From Opitutales bacterium (GTDB taxonomy: Bacteria > Verrucomicrobiota > Verrucomicrobiia > Opitutales > PNEW01): DNA of 32,000 nt. This document shows positions 1 through 9,756 of the stretch, piece by piece. Where the stretch lies: NCBI GenBank assembly GCA_965219535.1, contig CBDCNV010000001.1:1890001-1922000 (forward strand), written 5' to 3'. The first letter of the stretch is position 1, and each line of letters opens with the position of its first letter. The position numbers were made by a program, and so were the translations under genes. The notes beneath the pieces are model-generated. The model was not told the DNA's origin and did not search any database. It worked only from the letters and a program-made list of their open reading frames with translations.

Positions 1-27
1 TGGTCGAAAAAGTTAACGGATTGACTC

Positions 28-765
28 CTATCTATCCTTTAACCCCAAAACATCTTGCATGTTATAGCATGCTGGAGGTTTATCGATAACCCAATGCGCA
101 GCCTTTAAAGCACCTTCGGCAAATACTTGGCGATTGCCCGCTCTATGCGCTAATTCTACCCGTTCACCAGGCCCTGCGAAAATCACTGTATGTTCACCCA
201 CTTCTTCACCTCCTCGCAGGGCGTGAACGCCAATTTCATCATCACTACGCTCGTCCATAATTCCTTGCCTTCCATGGCGCACACATTGTGGATTGAGATT
301 ACGGCTATGAAGGATTGCTTCAACTAGGGATTCAGCTGTGCCACTGGGAGCATCTTTCTTATGACAGTGGTGCATCTCTACCACTTCCGGGTGATAATTT
401 TTTTCTAGAACTTTCGCGACAATGGATGTGAGGTAAAATAACAGGTTAACACCGATAGAGAAATTTCCAGCCCAGACCATAGGGACAGAAGAAGAAAACT
501 CAGTTATCTTCTTTTTCTCATCTTCACTATGACCGGTCGTTCCAATTACTGCGGGCTTATTGTGGGTTTTGGCAAGCTCCAGAATTTCACAAGTTACACT
601 GTGAAAACTGAAATCAAGAATGATATCGCAACCCTCAATGAGATCAGCGGGATCATCGCCAATGTCAATTGCTGCTTCGATTTTTGCATCGTGCATAGGG
701 GCGGCGGCAGTGATAGTCTGCCCCATCCGTCCTTTAGACCCATTAAGCAATACTTTTAACGCCAT
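28..765 (-). CDS. dapB: 4-hydroxy-tetrahydrodipicolinate reductase
   Basis: 245-aa ORF. N-terminal dinucleotide-binding GSKGRMG motif and the DapB signature EMHHxHKKDAPSGTA. Lies 9 nt downstream of dapA on the same strand, so probably an operon. Confidence 0.9.
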   Translation of the reverse strand: MALKVLLNGSKGRMGQTITAAAPMHDAKIEAAIDIGDDPADLIEGCDIILDFSFHSVTCEILELAKTHNKPAVIGTTGHSEDEKKKITEFSSSVPMVWAGNFSIGVNLLFYLTSIVAKVLEKNYHPEVVEMHHCHKKDAPSGTAESLVEAILHSRNLNPQCVRHGRQGIMDERSDDEIGVHALRGGEEVGEHTVIFAGPGERVELAHRAGNRQVFAEGALKAAHWVIDKPPACYNMQDVLGLKDR

Positions 766-774
766 CGACAGGGA

Positions 775-1671
775 TCAGGCTACTTTTATTCCCAGTTCAT
801 CCAAGGTGTGATCGAGGATTTTCTGATTAGATGCAGACATTGCGAAAAGAGGAAGTCGTACTTCGGGTGATCGAATAATACCCGCTTGAGCACAAGCGGA
901 CTTTATAGGAACAGGGCTCGTTTCTATAAATAAATTTTTAAATAGTGGATATAGTTTAATATGCAGTTCAGTCGCTTGAGTGTAATCATTATCGAGGGCG
1001 GCATGAACCATTCTCATTAAACCACCTGGGTCGAGATTTGAAGCCACGCTAATGACTCCTTTTGCGCCCACTGACATAAAGGGTAAAGTTAAACTATCAT
1101 CCCCACTGATTACTGTAATATCATTTCCCATTGCGTTGATCAATTGGCAAACACGATCACAAGACCCTCCGGCTTCTTTTATCGTGTTGACGTGCGGATA
1201 TTGCGCGCGGAGACGTTCAACGGTATCGATGGCGATTTCTATTCCGCAACGAGAGGGGATGGAATAAAGGACAATTGGCTTATCCGTAATTTCGGCAATC
1301 GCCCCGAAATGCCGGAATAATCCCTCCTGACTTGGCTTATTATAATAAGGCGCAACCTGGAGAAACCCATCGGCGCCAGCTTCATCAGCTTTCTTCGTAT
1401 AATCCACGGCTTCTTCTGTCGAGTTGGCTCCGGTTCCTGTAATTACCGGAACTCGACCAGCAGAGATCTCAACACAATAGCGAATCACTTCAATATGCTC
1501 TTCTGGTTTTAGGGTAGGTGATTCCCCGGTGGTCCCAACGGGAATTATACCATCAATTCCCTCCTTGATCTGATACTCAACCAGTTTCTCCAGGTCCTCA
1601 TAGCAAACATTTCCCTTAAAAAAGGGTGTGATGAGAGCCGTGTAAACCCCGGAAATAGATGTTGAGTTCAT
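775..1671 (-). CDS. dapA: 4-hydroxy-tetrahydrodipicolinate synthase
   Basis: 298-aa ORF. Motifs VGTTGES, APYYNKPSQEG and the Schiff-base lysine context IKEAGG. Typical DapA length. Confidence 0.93.
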   Translation of the reverse strand: MNSTSISGVYTALITPFFKGNVCYEDLEKLVEYQIKEGIDGIIPVGTTGESPTLKPEEHIEVIRYCVEISAGRVPVITGTGANSTEEAVDYTKKADEAGADGFLQVAPYYNKPSQEGLFRHFGAIAEITDKPIVLYSIPSRCGIEIAIDTVERLRAQYPHVNTIKEAGGSCDRVCQLINAMGNDITVISGDDSLTLPFMSVGAKGVISVASNLDPGGLMRMVHAALDNDYTQATELHIKLYPLFKNLFIETSPVPIKSACAQAGIIRSPEVRLPLFAMSASNQKILDHTLDELGIKVA

Positions 1672-1807
1672 ACTAATATTGGTTTAAATTATAGATTATG
1701 GTTAAAAATCAATAATTAGAGAAGAGAGAAATAATAATAATGTATTAAAAATTTTTTCACCTTAGTTTGTAAATCTAATAATTAATTTATTCATCATTTA
1801 ATAGAAG
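1672..1807. promoter_or_regulatory. Divergent, extremely AT-rich intergenic region (dapA / pilT-like)
   Basis: 136 bp between two divergently oriented start codons, so it should hold both promoters. No specific -35/-10 pair could be called with confidence. Confidence 0.3.
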
Positions 1808-2914
1808 ATGTCAGAATCAATCGATACTTTTAACAGCCTATTAACTCTCGCTGTGGAAAATGGTGCAAGCGACATTCATATCAAGAGTGACAAAGCTGCC
1901 ATGCTCCGTCTCAATGGAGGTCTTCAATCTGTAGATATGGACCCTCTTACCGGGGAAATGGTAAGCGACTTTATAGAGACGACTTGCCCCGAGCAGTTTA
2001 TTGAGAACTGGCATGATGATAACCAAATCGACTATTCCTATAGTCTGGACAGTCTGGGGCGATTTCGCGTCAACGGGTTCTATCAGCGTGGGACCATCAG
2101 TATGGTATTTCGCCACATCAAAGATCGCCCGCCGACATTTGAAGAACTCAATTTCGAATCGGAAACGCTTGTTCAACTTTGCCATCATAAGGAAGGGATC
2201 ATCCTGGTTTGTGGTGCTACCGGTTCAGGTAAAAGCTCGTGCTTAGCTTGCATGTTGAACTGGATTAATCATAACATGGATAAGCATATCGTGACATTGG
2301 AGGATCCGATTGAATTTGCTTACACTGATGTCAAAAGTGTATTTAACCAACGCGAAGTGGGGATTGATTCACCGAGTTTTGAGCTTGGGATGAAAGCGGT
2401 CCTGCGCCAGGACCCGGACATTATACTTATCGGGGAGTTACGTGATCATGATACCTTCGCGACCGCGCTAGCCGCGGCGGAGACTGGGCACCTTGTATTT
2501 GGAACGCTTCACTCAGCAAATGCTCAGCAAGCAGTTCAGCGCTTATTTGAATTTTTTCCTGCTGACCAACAGGAAAATATGCGACGGCAAATTGCCGGTG
2601 CGTTAAAGGCGACTGTTTCACAACGCCTGGTTCCAGACTTGGATGGCCAGGGGAGGGTCCCAGCCCAGGAGATTTTTGTCGTCGATTCCATGGGTCGCAG
2701 AGTCATTGAGGAGGGTGAATATGAAAAAATTAGTTCGGTAATCGATTCTGGTAGTAAAGAATCCGGTTCAAAGTCCTTTAATGCGGATCTCTATCGTCTA
2801 ATCAAAGCGGGGATGATTAGCAAAGAAGACGGCTTGGCTTTTTCACCTAATGCGAAGGCTCTGGAGATGAACCTTAAAGGGATATTCCTCAGTACTGGCG
2901 GTCTCGTAGGTTGA
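1808..2914 (+). CDS. pilT: PilT/PilU-family secretion-type (type IV pilus retraction-like) hexameric ATPase
   Basis: 368-aa ORF. Walker A CGATGSGKSS, Walker B/Asp box DPDIILIGELRD and His box ETGHLVFGTLHS. N-terminal GASDIHI motif typical of PilT-like ATPases. Confidence 0.8.
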   Translation: MSESIDTFNSLLTLAVENGASDIHIKSDKAAMLRLNGGLQSVDMDPLTGEMVSDFIETTCPEQFIENWHDDNQIDYSYSLDSLGRFRVNGFYQRGTISMVFRHIKDRPPTFEELNFESETLVQLCHHKEGIILVCGATGSGKSSCLACMLNWINHNMDKHIVTLEDPIEFAYTDVKSVFNQREVGIDSPSFELGMKAVLRQDPDIILIGELRDHDTFATALAAAETGHLVFGTLHSANAQQAVQRLFEFFPADQQENMRRQIAGALKATVSQRLVPDLDGQGRVPAQEIFVVDSMGRRVIEEGEYEKISSVIDSGSKESGSKSFNADLYRLIKAGMISKEDGLAFSPNAKALEMNLKGIFLSTGGLVG

Positions 2915-2935
2915 AGTCTATTCCTGTTTAACGTT

Positions 2936-3898
2936 ATGTCTTACATTAAAAGGTTAAATTTGCCTTTATGGATTTTGGCAATGTGCCTTTTCTGGGTATT
3001 ATCGCTCTATGCAAATGGCAATGGAGATCGTGAATTCCTTAAGAATTCGAGAGCAGAATTAAAACGACTCGATGATATATCGCAGCAAAAGAATAAAATC
3101 GATGATCCAAAAGGAACGATTAATTCTGGATTAGATTTATCATATGTGCCACCCAGTCGTGGAGGGCACTCGGTTACGGCTATACCTCAAAAATCTGAAG
3201 AGGAAGAGAGAGCTGAAGAAGAAGAAAAGAATTGGCTGCTATATGGAATGGAGAAGCTCTCCGGAATAAAGCTTCTTACTGAAGACGAAAAAAAACGGTT
3301 ACTTGAGCCAGGAAGCGGGTTGCGCTTGATCGATCGCTACGTTTTAGCAGAGGAAATGGCGGGTATTAAAACTGAAAGTCAAGGGATTGAAGAAAATGAT
3401 GATTATTCAGATTCAATTTCTGATTTTAATTCTTTGAATCCATTAAATAACCTTAGTGATTTAAGTGTCCTGAATCTGTATCATTCTGATAACACCCAGA
3501 ATATTTTAATGTTAACATCCCCTTTAGGTGACTTCACCCCATCAGCTTCTCTCTTCGAGGGTGAAACAAGCTACAAGAAACCCATTGTCACGCTATACAA
3601 TGGGACTGATCATTTGCAGCAATTGGGCAATTCACGGTTAAACTCCCATATTGGATCATCGTCTGAAGTAATAAATCCTTATTTAAATAATCAGGAGATA
3701 ACTGTAACTACGACGTTTAATTTACCAAAAGCAGATAAAAATCCAATTTCTGTCAATAGCAACTTTAAGACCCGCAGTTTTAATAATTCAGATAATATTT
3801 TAATTAAACCGGTGGAAATTAATACTCCTAAAGACCGAACTTACCAGCCAGCTGAAGACAAATTAAAGAAATATCTCCCGCAATTGGATTCATTTTGA
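2936..3898 (+). CDS. Hypothetical membrane-anchored or secreted low-complexity protein
   Basis: 320-aa ORF starting 21 nt after the pilT-like stop. N-terminal hydrophobic segment LPLWILAMCLFWVLSLYA, acidic run SEEEERAEEEEK, and an Asn/Ser-rich C-terminal half. No recognisable domain. Confidence 0.5.
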   Translation: MSYIKRLNLPLWILAMCLFWVLSLYANGNGDREFLKNSRAELKRLDDISQQKNKIDDPKGTINSGLDLSYVPPSRGGHSVTAIPQKSEEEERAEEEEKNWLLYGMEKLSGIKLLTEDEKKRLLEPGSGLRLIDRYVLAEEMAGIKTESQGIEENDDYSDSISDFNSLNPLNNLSDLSVLNLYHSDNTQNILMLTSPLGDFTPSASLFEGETSYKKPIVTLYNGTDHLQQLGNSRLNSHIGSSSEVINPYLNNQEITVTTTFNLPKADKNPISVNSNFKTRSFNNSDNILIKPVEINTPKDRTYQPAEDKLKKYLPQLDSF

Positions 3899-3967
3899 TT
3901 GCGGCGTCGGCTTTCTAAACTTACCGGTTGATCTTTTCAGTAGGGCGATTATTACTTCAGACCAAAT

Positions 3968-4873
3968 ATGGCAATAGGTCTATTGTTTTCTGGGCAGGGT
4001 GCTCAAAAAGTCGGAATGGGAGCGGATCTGTATGAAAACTCAGGATTAGCTCGCAATCTTTATGCTACGGCTAATGAAATACTCGGTTGGGATCTGGCTA
4101 CGATCTCTTTTGAGGGACCGGAAGAATTACTTATGGAGACGAAAATATGCCAACCAGCACTATTTGTTTGTGGCTATGCTATTCATTCCATTTTGCGCGA
4201 AACCGGAAGCATCGATCAGATTGATGTCGTTTTGGGACTCAGCCTCGGTGAGCTAACCGCTCACGCCGTTGCCGGTACTTTTGGTTTCACCGACGGCCTG
4301 AAAATTGTGGCTGAACGTGCAAGTCTGATGCAAATGGCCTGTGAAATTACCGATGGGACGATGGCTAGCTTGATTGGCGGTAATAAATCATCCATCTTAG
4401 AACTCTGTGATAAATTTGATGTAGAAATTGCGAATCATAACAGCCCTGAACAGACGGTTATTTCAGGAGGCGTAAAGGAAATCGAGGCAGCTGTTGCAGC
4501 AGCCAAAAATGGCGACTTTCGCATGGTTGTACCACTAAAAGTGGGAGGCGCCTATCATAGCCGATTAATGGAACCTGCGCGCAAAGAATTCGAAACTTTT
4601 TTAGCGGATTTCACATTTAATAATCCATCAATAAAAGTATTGTCTAATATCACGGGATGTGAAGTGGGCAGTGTGGATGAAATAAAGCGATTATTAGTTG
4701 ATCAAATAGTTTCTCCAGTACGTTGGATTGATTGTATGCACTATGCGGCTGCTCAAGGTGTCACTGAATTCTATGAATGTGGACCGGGAAAAGTTCTGAC
4801 TGGATTAGCACGACGTATAGATAGATCTTGGAAGGTATCCAGCCAATGCGAGTTCTCTGGTATGACATTATAG
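3968..4873 (+). CDS. fabD: Malonyl-CoA:ACP transacylase
   Basis: 301-aa ORF. N-terminal FSGQGAQ motif, nucleophile elbow GLSLGE, GGAYHS motif and GPGKVL near the C-terminus. Confidence 0.92.
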   Translation: MAIGLLFSGQGAQKVGMGADLYENSGLARNLYATANEILGWDLATISFEGPEELLMETKICQPALFVCGYAIHSILRETGSIDQIDVVLGLSLGELTAHAVAGTFGFTDGLKIVAERASLMQMACEITDGTMASLIGGNKSSILELCDKFDVEIANHNSPEQTVISGGVKEIEAAVAAAKNGDFRMVVPLKVGGAYHSRLMEPARKEFETFLADFTFNNPSIKVLSNITGCEVGSVDEIKRLLVDQIVSPVRWIDCMHYAAAQGVTEFYECGPGKVLTGLARRIDRSWKVSSQCEFSGMTL

Positions 4874-4890
4874 TCGTGCTAAACACGACT
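4872..4890 (+). terminator. Possible intrinsic terminator hairpin after fabD
   Basis: A 7-bp stem AGTCGTG / CACGACT with loop CTAAA overlaps the fabD stop codon. It is followed by TAAATT only, so the U-tract is weak. Confidence 0.35.
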
Positions 4891-4967
4891 TAAATTCGCA
4901 GGATAATCGATTTGTTAATGTAATTCTGATTCATTTGGATACTTTCTGATATGGAAAATCTTTATTA

Positions 4968-6767
4968 ATGGATAACTCAAAAGAGATTCGAAATTTTTGT
5001 ATAATTGCTCATATTGATCATGGTAAAACTACGTTTTCAGATCGTCTCCTGGAATTGACTCAATCTGTTGAGCTGCGCGAGATGAGAGAACAGGTTCTTG
5101 ATTCCATGGATCTTGAACGTGAGCGAGGCATTACGATTAAAAGCCATCCGGTTACAATGACCCATCAGGGAAGAGACGGTAATGAGTATTGCTTGAATCT
5201 TATTGATACTCCAGGCCATGTCGATTTCTCATATGAAGTGTCGCGCAGTCTAACCGCCTGTGAAGGAGCAGTCCTACTGGTAGATGCCGCTCAGGGAATC
5301 GAGGCTCAAACCGTAGCGAACGCAAATTTGGCAATGAGCCAGGATATGGTGGTTATTCCTGTGATTAATAAAATTGATCTAAATAGTGCAGATGTAGCTG
5401 GAGTGCAGCATCAACTTGAAGAAATACTCGCCATCCCAGCGGATGAGGCCTTGCTCGCTAGCGCTAAGAATGGCATGGGAATTGAGGATGTCCTCGATGC
5501 AGTGATCTCGCGCGTGCCCGCACCACGTTGGGTTGACTACCCTGAAGATCGTATCCTCATTTTTGATAGTGTTTATGATAGTTATAAAGGAGTGATTTGC
5601 TATGTACGTGTATTTTCAGGTTCTTTAAAAGCTGGAGATGCAATCCTTTTGATGAGTGACGGAGCTAAGGCCGAAGTGAAGGAAGTAGGTTGGTTTTCTC
5701 CTGATATGAAAGTAAGTGACGAGCTGAATGCCGGTAGTGTTGGTTACATCGTTACAAATATTAAAGACGTAGCAGAGATAAAATTAGGGGATACTATCAC
5801 TAAATTAAATCATCCAGCTGCAGAAATGCTGCCCGGTTATAAAGAAGTGCGCCCCATGGTATTTAGTGGTATTTATCCTCTGGATACAGTTGATTATGAG
5901 AAATTAAAGGCAAGTATCGGCAAATTGCGTCTCAACGATTCAGCCATTGTCTACCAGCTGGAAAATTCGACTGCACTGGGATTTGGTTTTCGTTGCGGGT
6001 TTCTCGGGCTACTTCATATGGAAATTGTCATGGAACGGATTCGTCGTGAGTACGATCTCGATATAATTTCAACTTATCCGAGTGTAATTTATAAAATTAA
6101 AACGAGTAGTGGTGAAGAAATTGAAATTGAAAACCCTATAGCATTTCCCGATCCGACAGTAATCGAATCCATTTTAGAACCGACTATTCGCGCAACTATC
6201 CATACCCCAAAAGACTATATTGGTGATATATTGAAACTGATTATGGATAAGAGAGGTAACTGTGATCACACCGAATCACTTGATCAAAATCGACTCATCC
6301 TGCATTGCATATTACCATTAAATGAAATCCTGGTCGATTTTAATGATCGATTGAAAAGTATAACCCGAGGTTATGGTTCGATGGATTATGACTACGGTGA
6401 CTTTATCGAAGCTGACTTGGTCAAGCTTGACATCCTTGTTAATAGTGAACCGGTGGATGCTTTCTCATCGATTTGTCATCACAGTAAAGCTGAATCTAAG
6501 GGTAGGGTGATTTGTGATCGACTTAAAGAAATTATTCCACCTCAACTTTACAAGGTCGCTATTCAAGCGGCAATCGGTGGTAAAGTTATTGCTCGTGAGA
6601 CGCTTAAGGCAGTACGCAAAGACGTCACAGCTAAATGTTATGGCGGTGATATTTCACGTAAGCGCAAACTTCTGGAAAAACAGAAAGAGGGTAAAAAACG
6701 CATGAAGCAAGTGGGCAATGTCTCTATACCTCAGGATGCTTTTATTAAGGTATTAAAATCGAGCTGA
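4968..6767 (+). CDS. lepA: Translation elongation factor 4 (LepA)
   Basis: 599-aa ORF. GTPase motifs AHIDHGKTT, DTPGHVDF and NKIDL. LepA-specific basic C-terminus CYGGDISRKRKLLEKQKEGKKRMK. Confidence 0.97.
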   Translation: MDNSKEIRNFCIIAHIDHGKTTFSDRLLELTQSVELREMREQVLDSMDLERERGITIKSHPVTMTHQGRDGNEYCLNLIDTPGHVDFSYEVSRSLTACEGAVLLVDAAQGIEAQTVANANLAMSQDMVVIPVINKIDLNSADVAGVQHQLEEILAIPADEALLASAKNGMGIEDVLDAVISRVPAPRWVDYPEDRILIFDSVYDSYKGVICYVRVFSGSLKAGDAILLMSDGAKAEVKEVGWFSPDMKVSDELNAGSVGYIVTNIKDVAEIKLGDTITKLNHPAAEMLPGYKEVRPMVFSGIYPLDTVDYEKLKASIGKLRLNDSAIVYQLENSTALGFGFRCGFLGLLHMEIVMERIRREYDLDIISTYPSVIYKIKTSSGEEIEIENPIAFPDPTVIESILEPTIRATIHTPKDYIGDILKLIMDKRGNCDHTESLDQNRLILHCILPLNEILVDFNDRLKSITRGYGSMDYDYGDFIEADLVKLDILVNSEPVDAFSSICHHSKAESKGRVICDRLKEIIPPQLYKVAIQAAIGGKVIARETLKAVRKDVTAKCYGGDISRKRKLLEKQKEGKKRMKQVGNVSIPQDAFIKVLKSS

Positions 6768-6782
6768 AAAATATATTAGCTG

Positions 6783-8069
6783 ATGAGTAAAAAATCTGGT
6801 TTTGAAAAAAAGCTCGTTAAGAATGCGGAATACTGGCTTCGGTTAGCTGATAAAGTATACCATTACCGCTGCGACCTTCTTAATGAAAATCAAATTGATT
6901 CACTGCAAAAAGCGACACATGAATTAGAGCAATTAACAAATCAGCAAGCGATTGAAACAAAAAATATTCAGCAAGCGATTGATAAAATCAAAAAAGTTCT
7001 CAGTAAGTGTGCGGGTAGTTTTTATCCTCGAAGCAGCTGGGCGGAAAATGTGGAAACCTTTCTTGTCGTTGCTATTCTCGCTATCGGGATTCGCACCTTT
7101 TTCTTTCAACCTTTTAAAATACCCACCAATTCAATGTATCCCACTTACAACGGGATGACCTATGAAATATATCATGACGAAGAGGCGAAACCAAATAAGG
7201 CATCTCAAATAGGGCGTTGGATTCTCTTTGGCGCAAAGTATTATGAGGTCAAAGCATCTGTTAGCGGTGAATTGCTTTTGCCTCTTTTCAGCCAAGGTGA
7301 ATTAGGTGAAAGTTATGGCTATTTTAAGAATGAGCGTGTCAGGGGACGTCAATGGGGGATTTCTCGCAGCTCAAAACGTAAATACACAATGTACTTAGGC
7401 AAAGTTGCCACGGGCTTAACAGTACCGGCAGATTTTTCTTTATACAAAGTTCTCCACGATAGATTTGCTCCAGAAACGGATAGCGTAGTGGATTGGCTCA
7501 CCCGCAGAAATAATAATCAAGGCATTATCTATGAATCAGGGATCCCTCTACTAAAAACAGGTGTTTACTTTGAAAAAGGTGATACCGTGCTTGCCTTTGA
7601 TATTCTCACCGGTGACGCCCTATTTGTTGATCGATTTAGTTACAATTTCATCCAGCCTGATATTGGAGACCCTTTTGTTTTTCGCACTCGGAATATAAAT
7701 GAACTAACCCGTATGAATGGAGGAGTGCCAGACGATAAATACTATATTAAACGTCTAGTAGGAAGGGGGGCCGATGAACTTGAAATAAAGGAACCTGTCC
7801 TTTTTAGGAATGGCCTGCCGATTGAGGGAGTAAAAGTCTTTACCAAGAATGCTAACCGAGAAGATGAATACGAGGGTTATACTAATGTGCGGCGACTGAG
7901 CGAAGATTCTGTAGAATCCATCCCATCAAATCACTTCTATGCGATGGGTGATAATTCAGATGAAAGTTCTGATAGCCGCTATTTCGGCTATGTTCCTGAA
8001 GCGGAAGTCGTTGGTAAAGCTATATTTATCTATTATCCTTTTTCTAAAAATTGGGGTTTAGCTAAATAA
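6783..8069 (+). CDS. lepB: Signal peptidase I (S26 family), unusually long form
   Basis: 428-aa ORF 15 nt after lepA. Catalytic Ser box PTNSMYPT, Lys box YIKRLVG and GDNSDESSDSRYFG box. One TM segment (FLVVAILAIGIRTFFF) follows an N-terminal extension of about 85 aa. Confidence 0.9.
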   Translation: MSKKSGFEKKLVKNAEYWLRLADKVYHYRCDLLNENQIDSLQKATHELEQLTNQQAIETKNIQQAIDKIKKVLSKCAGSFYPRSSWAENVETFLVVAILAIGIRTFFFQPFKIPTNSMYPTYNGMTYEIYHDEEAKPNKASQIGRWILFGAKYYEVKASVSGELLLPLFSQGELGESYGYFKNERVRGRQWGISRSSKRKYTMYLGKVATGLTVPADFSLYKVLHDRFAPETDSVVDWLTRRNNNQGIIYESGIPLLKTGVYFEKGDTVLAFDILTGDALFVDRFSYNFIQPDIGDPFVFRTRNINELTRMNGGVPDDKYYIKRLVGRGADELEIKEPVLFRNGLPIEGVKVFTKNANREDEYEGYTNVRRLSEDSVESIPSNHFYAMGDNSDESSDSRYFGYVPEAEVVGKAIFIYYPFSKNWGLAK

Positions 8070-8187
8070 TAAGCTAATATTAGCTATTCTTGTATCGATT
8101 TTTAACTGCATTACGATATTCGCACAATATATATTATGTCTAATTCTAAATAAAGGTGAATTAGATCAACCTATCTATTAGTAATAA

Positions 8188-9756
8188 GTGAAATCCTCTA
8201 CCCTATTACCGTGGTTAAAAAAAAGAGGTGCGGGTGTCTTACTTCATCCGACCTCTTTTCCCGGCGATACCGGGATCGGTACTTTCGGTGTAGACGCAAT
8301 TAACTTTATAGAATTTCTGCGAGTCAGCGGAATTTCTTATTGGCAACTCTGTTCTCTAGGACCAACAGGGTATGGGGACTCACCTTATCAATGCTTTTCT
8401 GCCTTTGCCGGTAATCCTTATCTCATTGACTTAGACTCCCTCATTCCACATGGCTTCTTAAAATCTAACGACATAAATGACTTACGACAACTACCTGAAG
8501 ATAAAGTTAATTATGGCCGACAGTATTATCTTCGATGGCCTGTCTTGCGATTGGCATTTAAACGTTTTTGGAGCAATGGAGCTTCAGTATCAGAATATGG
8601 AAATTATAATAAATTTAAAAAAGAGAATGCAGAATGGCTCTATCCTTTTGCCTGTTTTATGGCTCTAAAAGGCCATTTCAAAGGACATTCCTGGGTCGAT
8701 TGGGGTCCATCCTATTGTTCCTATGAAAAAGCAAAAAATAGTGATCTTGTAAAAAAGATTGTGGAGAAAATTGAAGCCCATCTTTTTTTTCAGTATCTGT
8801 TTTTTGGCCAATGGGGACAGTTAAAGAAATTTGCTAATCAAAATGGCATTCAAGTAATTGGTGATCTTCCACTCTATGTGTCTTTAGATAGTGCGGATGT
8901 CTGGGCTCAACCAGAATTATTCAAGCTCGATAAGATGCATCGCCCTACTTCAGTAGCGGGTGTTCCACCTGATTACTTTTCACCCACCGGACAGTTATGG
9001 GGCAATCCACTCTATAACTGGAATTACTTAAAATCTAACGCCTATTCATGGTGGATGGATCGGTTAAGACACAACTTTAAGCTCTATGATATCGTTCGAC
9101 TGGATCATTTCCGCGGATTCGAATCTTATTGGGAAGTCCCGATTGGTGATAAAGATGCGCGAAAAGGAAAATGGACCCGAGGACCCGGAATCAATTTTTT
9201 TACTCAACTAAAAAAGCAGCTTCCCAAAGCACAGATAATTGCGGAAGATTTAGGTATTATTACACCCAAGGCGAGAGAGTTACTCGCAAAAACTGGCCTT
9301 CCGGGGATGTGTGTATTACAATTTGCTTTTGAAGATAATGATGCGAATAATTTGTACTTACCGCATAATGTAAATGCGAACAGTGTATTTTATCCTGGCA
9401 CACATGATAATGATACAATCTGGGGATGGTATCGCTCCTCTTCTAAGGAAGTTAAGCATCGAGTCCGTCAGTATCTTGGCGTCCCGGGTGATGATATTGC
9501 ATGGGATATTGTGCGAGCGTCATATTCAACGGTCAGCCGAATTGCGGTTATACCGATGCAAGACTTACTAAATTTAGGAACAAAATCGCGCATGAACACC
9601 CCGGGCCGTACATTCGGAAACTGGCAATGGCGCTATACGCGTGAAGCCATTAGTAATTTACGGCAGAATAGCGCAAGCTACCTCAAGGAACTCGGTGCTA
9701 TATATGGAAGGGTACAGGTATCCCCCTCAATTCCTAAGAAGAAAATCTCGAATTAA
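8188..9756 (+). CDS. malQ: 4-alpha-glucanotransferase (amylomaltase, GH77)
   Basis: 522-aa ORF with a GTG start. Motifs GAGVLLHPTSFPG, VRLDHFRGF, IAEDLG and PGTHDNDT are typical of MalQ. Confidence 0.9.
   Translation: MKSSTLLPWLKKRGAGVLLHPTSFPGDTGIGTFGVDAINFIEFLRVSGISYWQLCSLGPTGYGDSPYQCFSAFAGNPYLIDLDSLIPHGFLKSNDINDLRQLPEDKVNYGRQYYLRWPVLRLAFKRFWSNGASVSEYGNYNKFKKENAEWLYPFACFMALKGHFKGHSWVDWGPSYCSYEKAKNSDLVKKIVEKIEAHLFFQYLFFGQWGQLKKFANQNGIQVIGDLPLYVSLDSADVWAQPELFKLDKMHRPTSVAGVPPDYFSPTGQLWGNPLYNWNYLKSNAYSWWMDRLRHNFKLYDIVRLDHFRGFESYWEVPIGDKDARKGKWTRGPGINFFTQLKKQLPKAQIIAEDLGIITPKARELLAKTGLPGMCVLQFAFEDNDANNLYLPHNVNANSVFYPGTHDNDTIWGWYRSSSKEVKHRVRQYLGVPGDDIAWDIVRASYSTVSRIAVIPMQDLLNLGTKSRMNTPGRTFGNWQWRYTREAISNLRQNSASYLKELGAIYGRVQVSPSIPKKKISN

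Noticed and set aside
1841-2188. A 115-aa ORF antisense to the pilT-like gene, and the many other 60-115 aa track ORFs nested inside or antisense to larger genes. Examples: 529-759, 620-811, 1052-1267, 2001-2246, 2427-2621, 4062-4256, 5037-5219, 6514-6705, 6952-7158, 8477-8668, 9374-9571, 10338-10595, 10720-10902, 13534-13725, 14088-14378, 16371-16571, 16470-16652, 18376-18558, 19234-19482, 19630-19812, 21375-21569, 22914-23120, 27819-28115, 28781-29089, 29287-29511, 29534-29878, 30006-30212, 30556-30750, 30853-31077, 31384-31650.
   Set aside because: Each lies fully or largely within a longer ORF that has strong family motifs. Their translations are low-complexity or Cys/Arg/Ser-rich in the manner of out-of-frame reads, and none has a recognisable domain.
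8072-8085. A 14-bp perfect palindrome, AGCTAATATTAGCT, just after the lepB stop, considered as a terminator.
   Set aside because: The stem is AT-rich and short once a loop is allowed, and the T-run is about 15 nt away. This is too weak to call.
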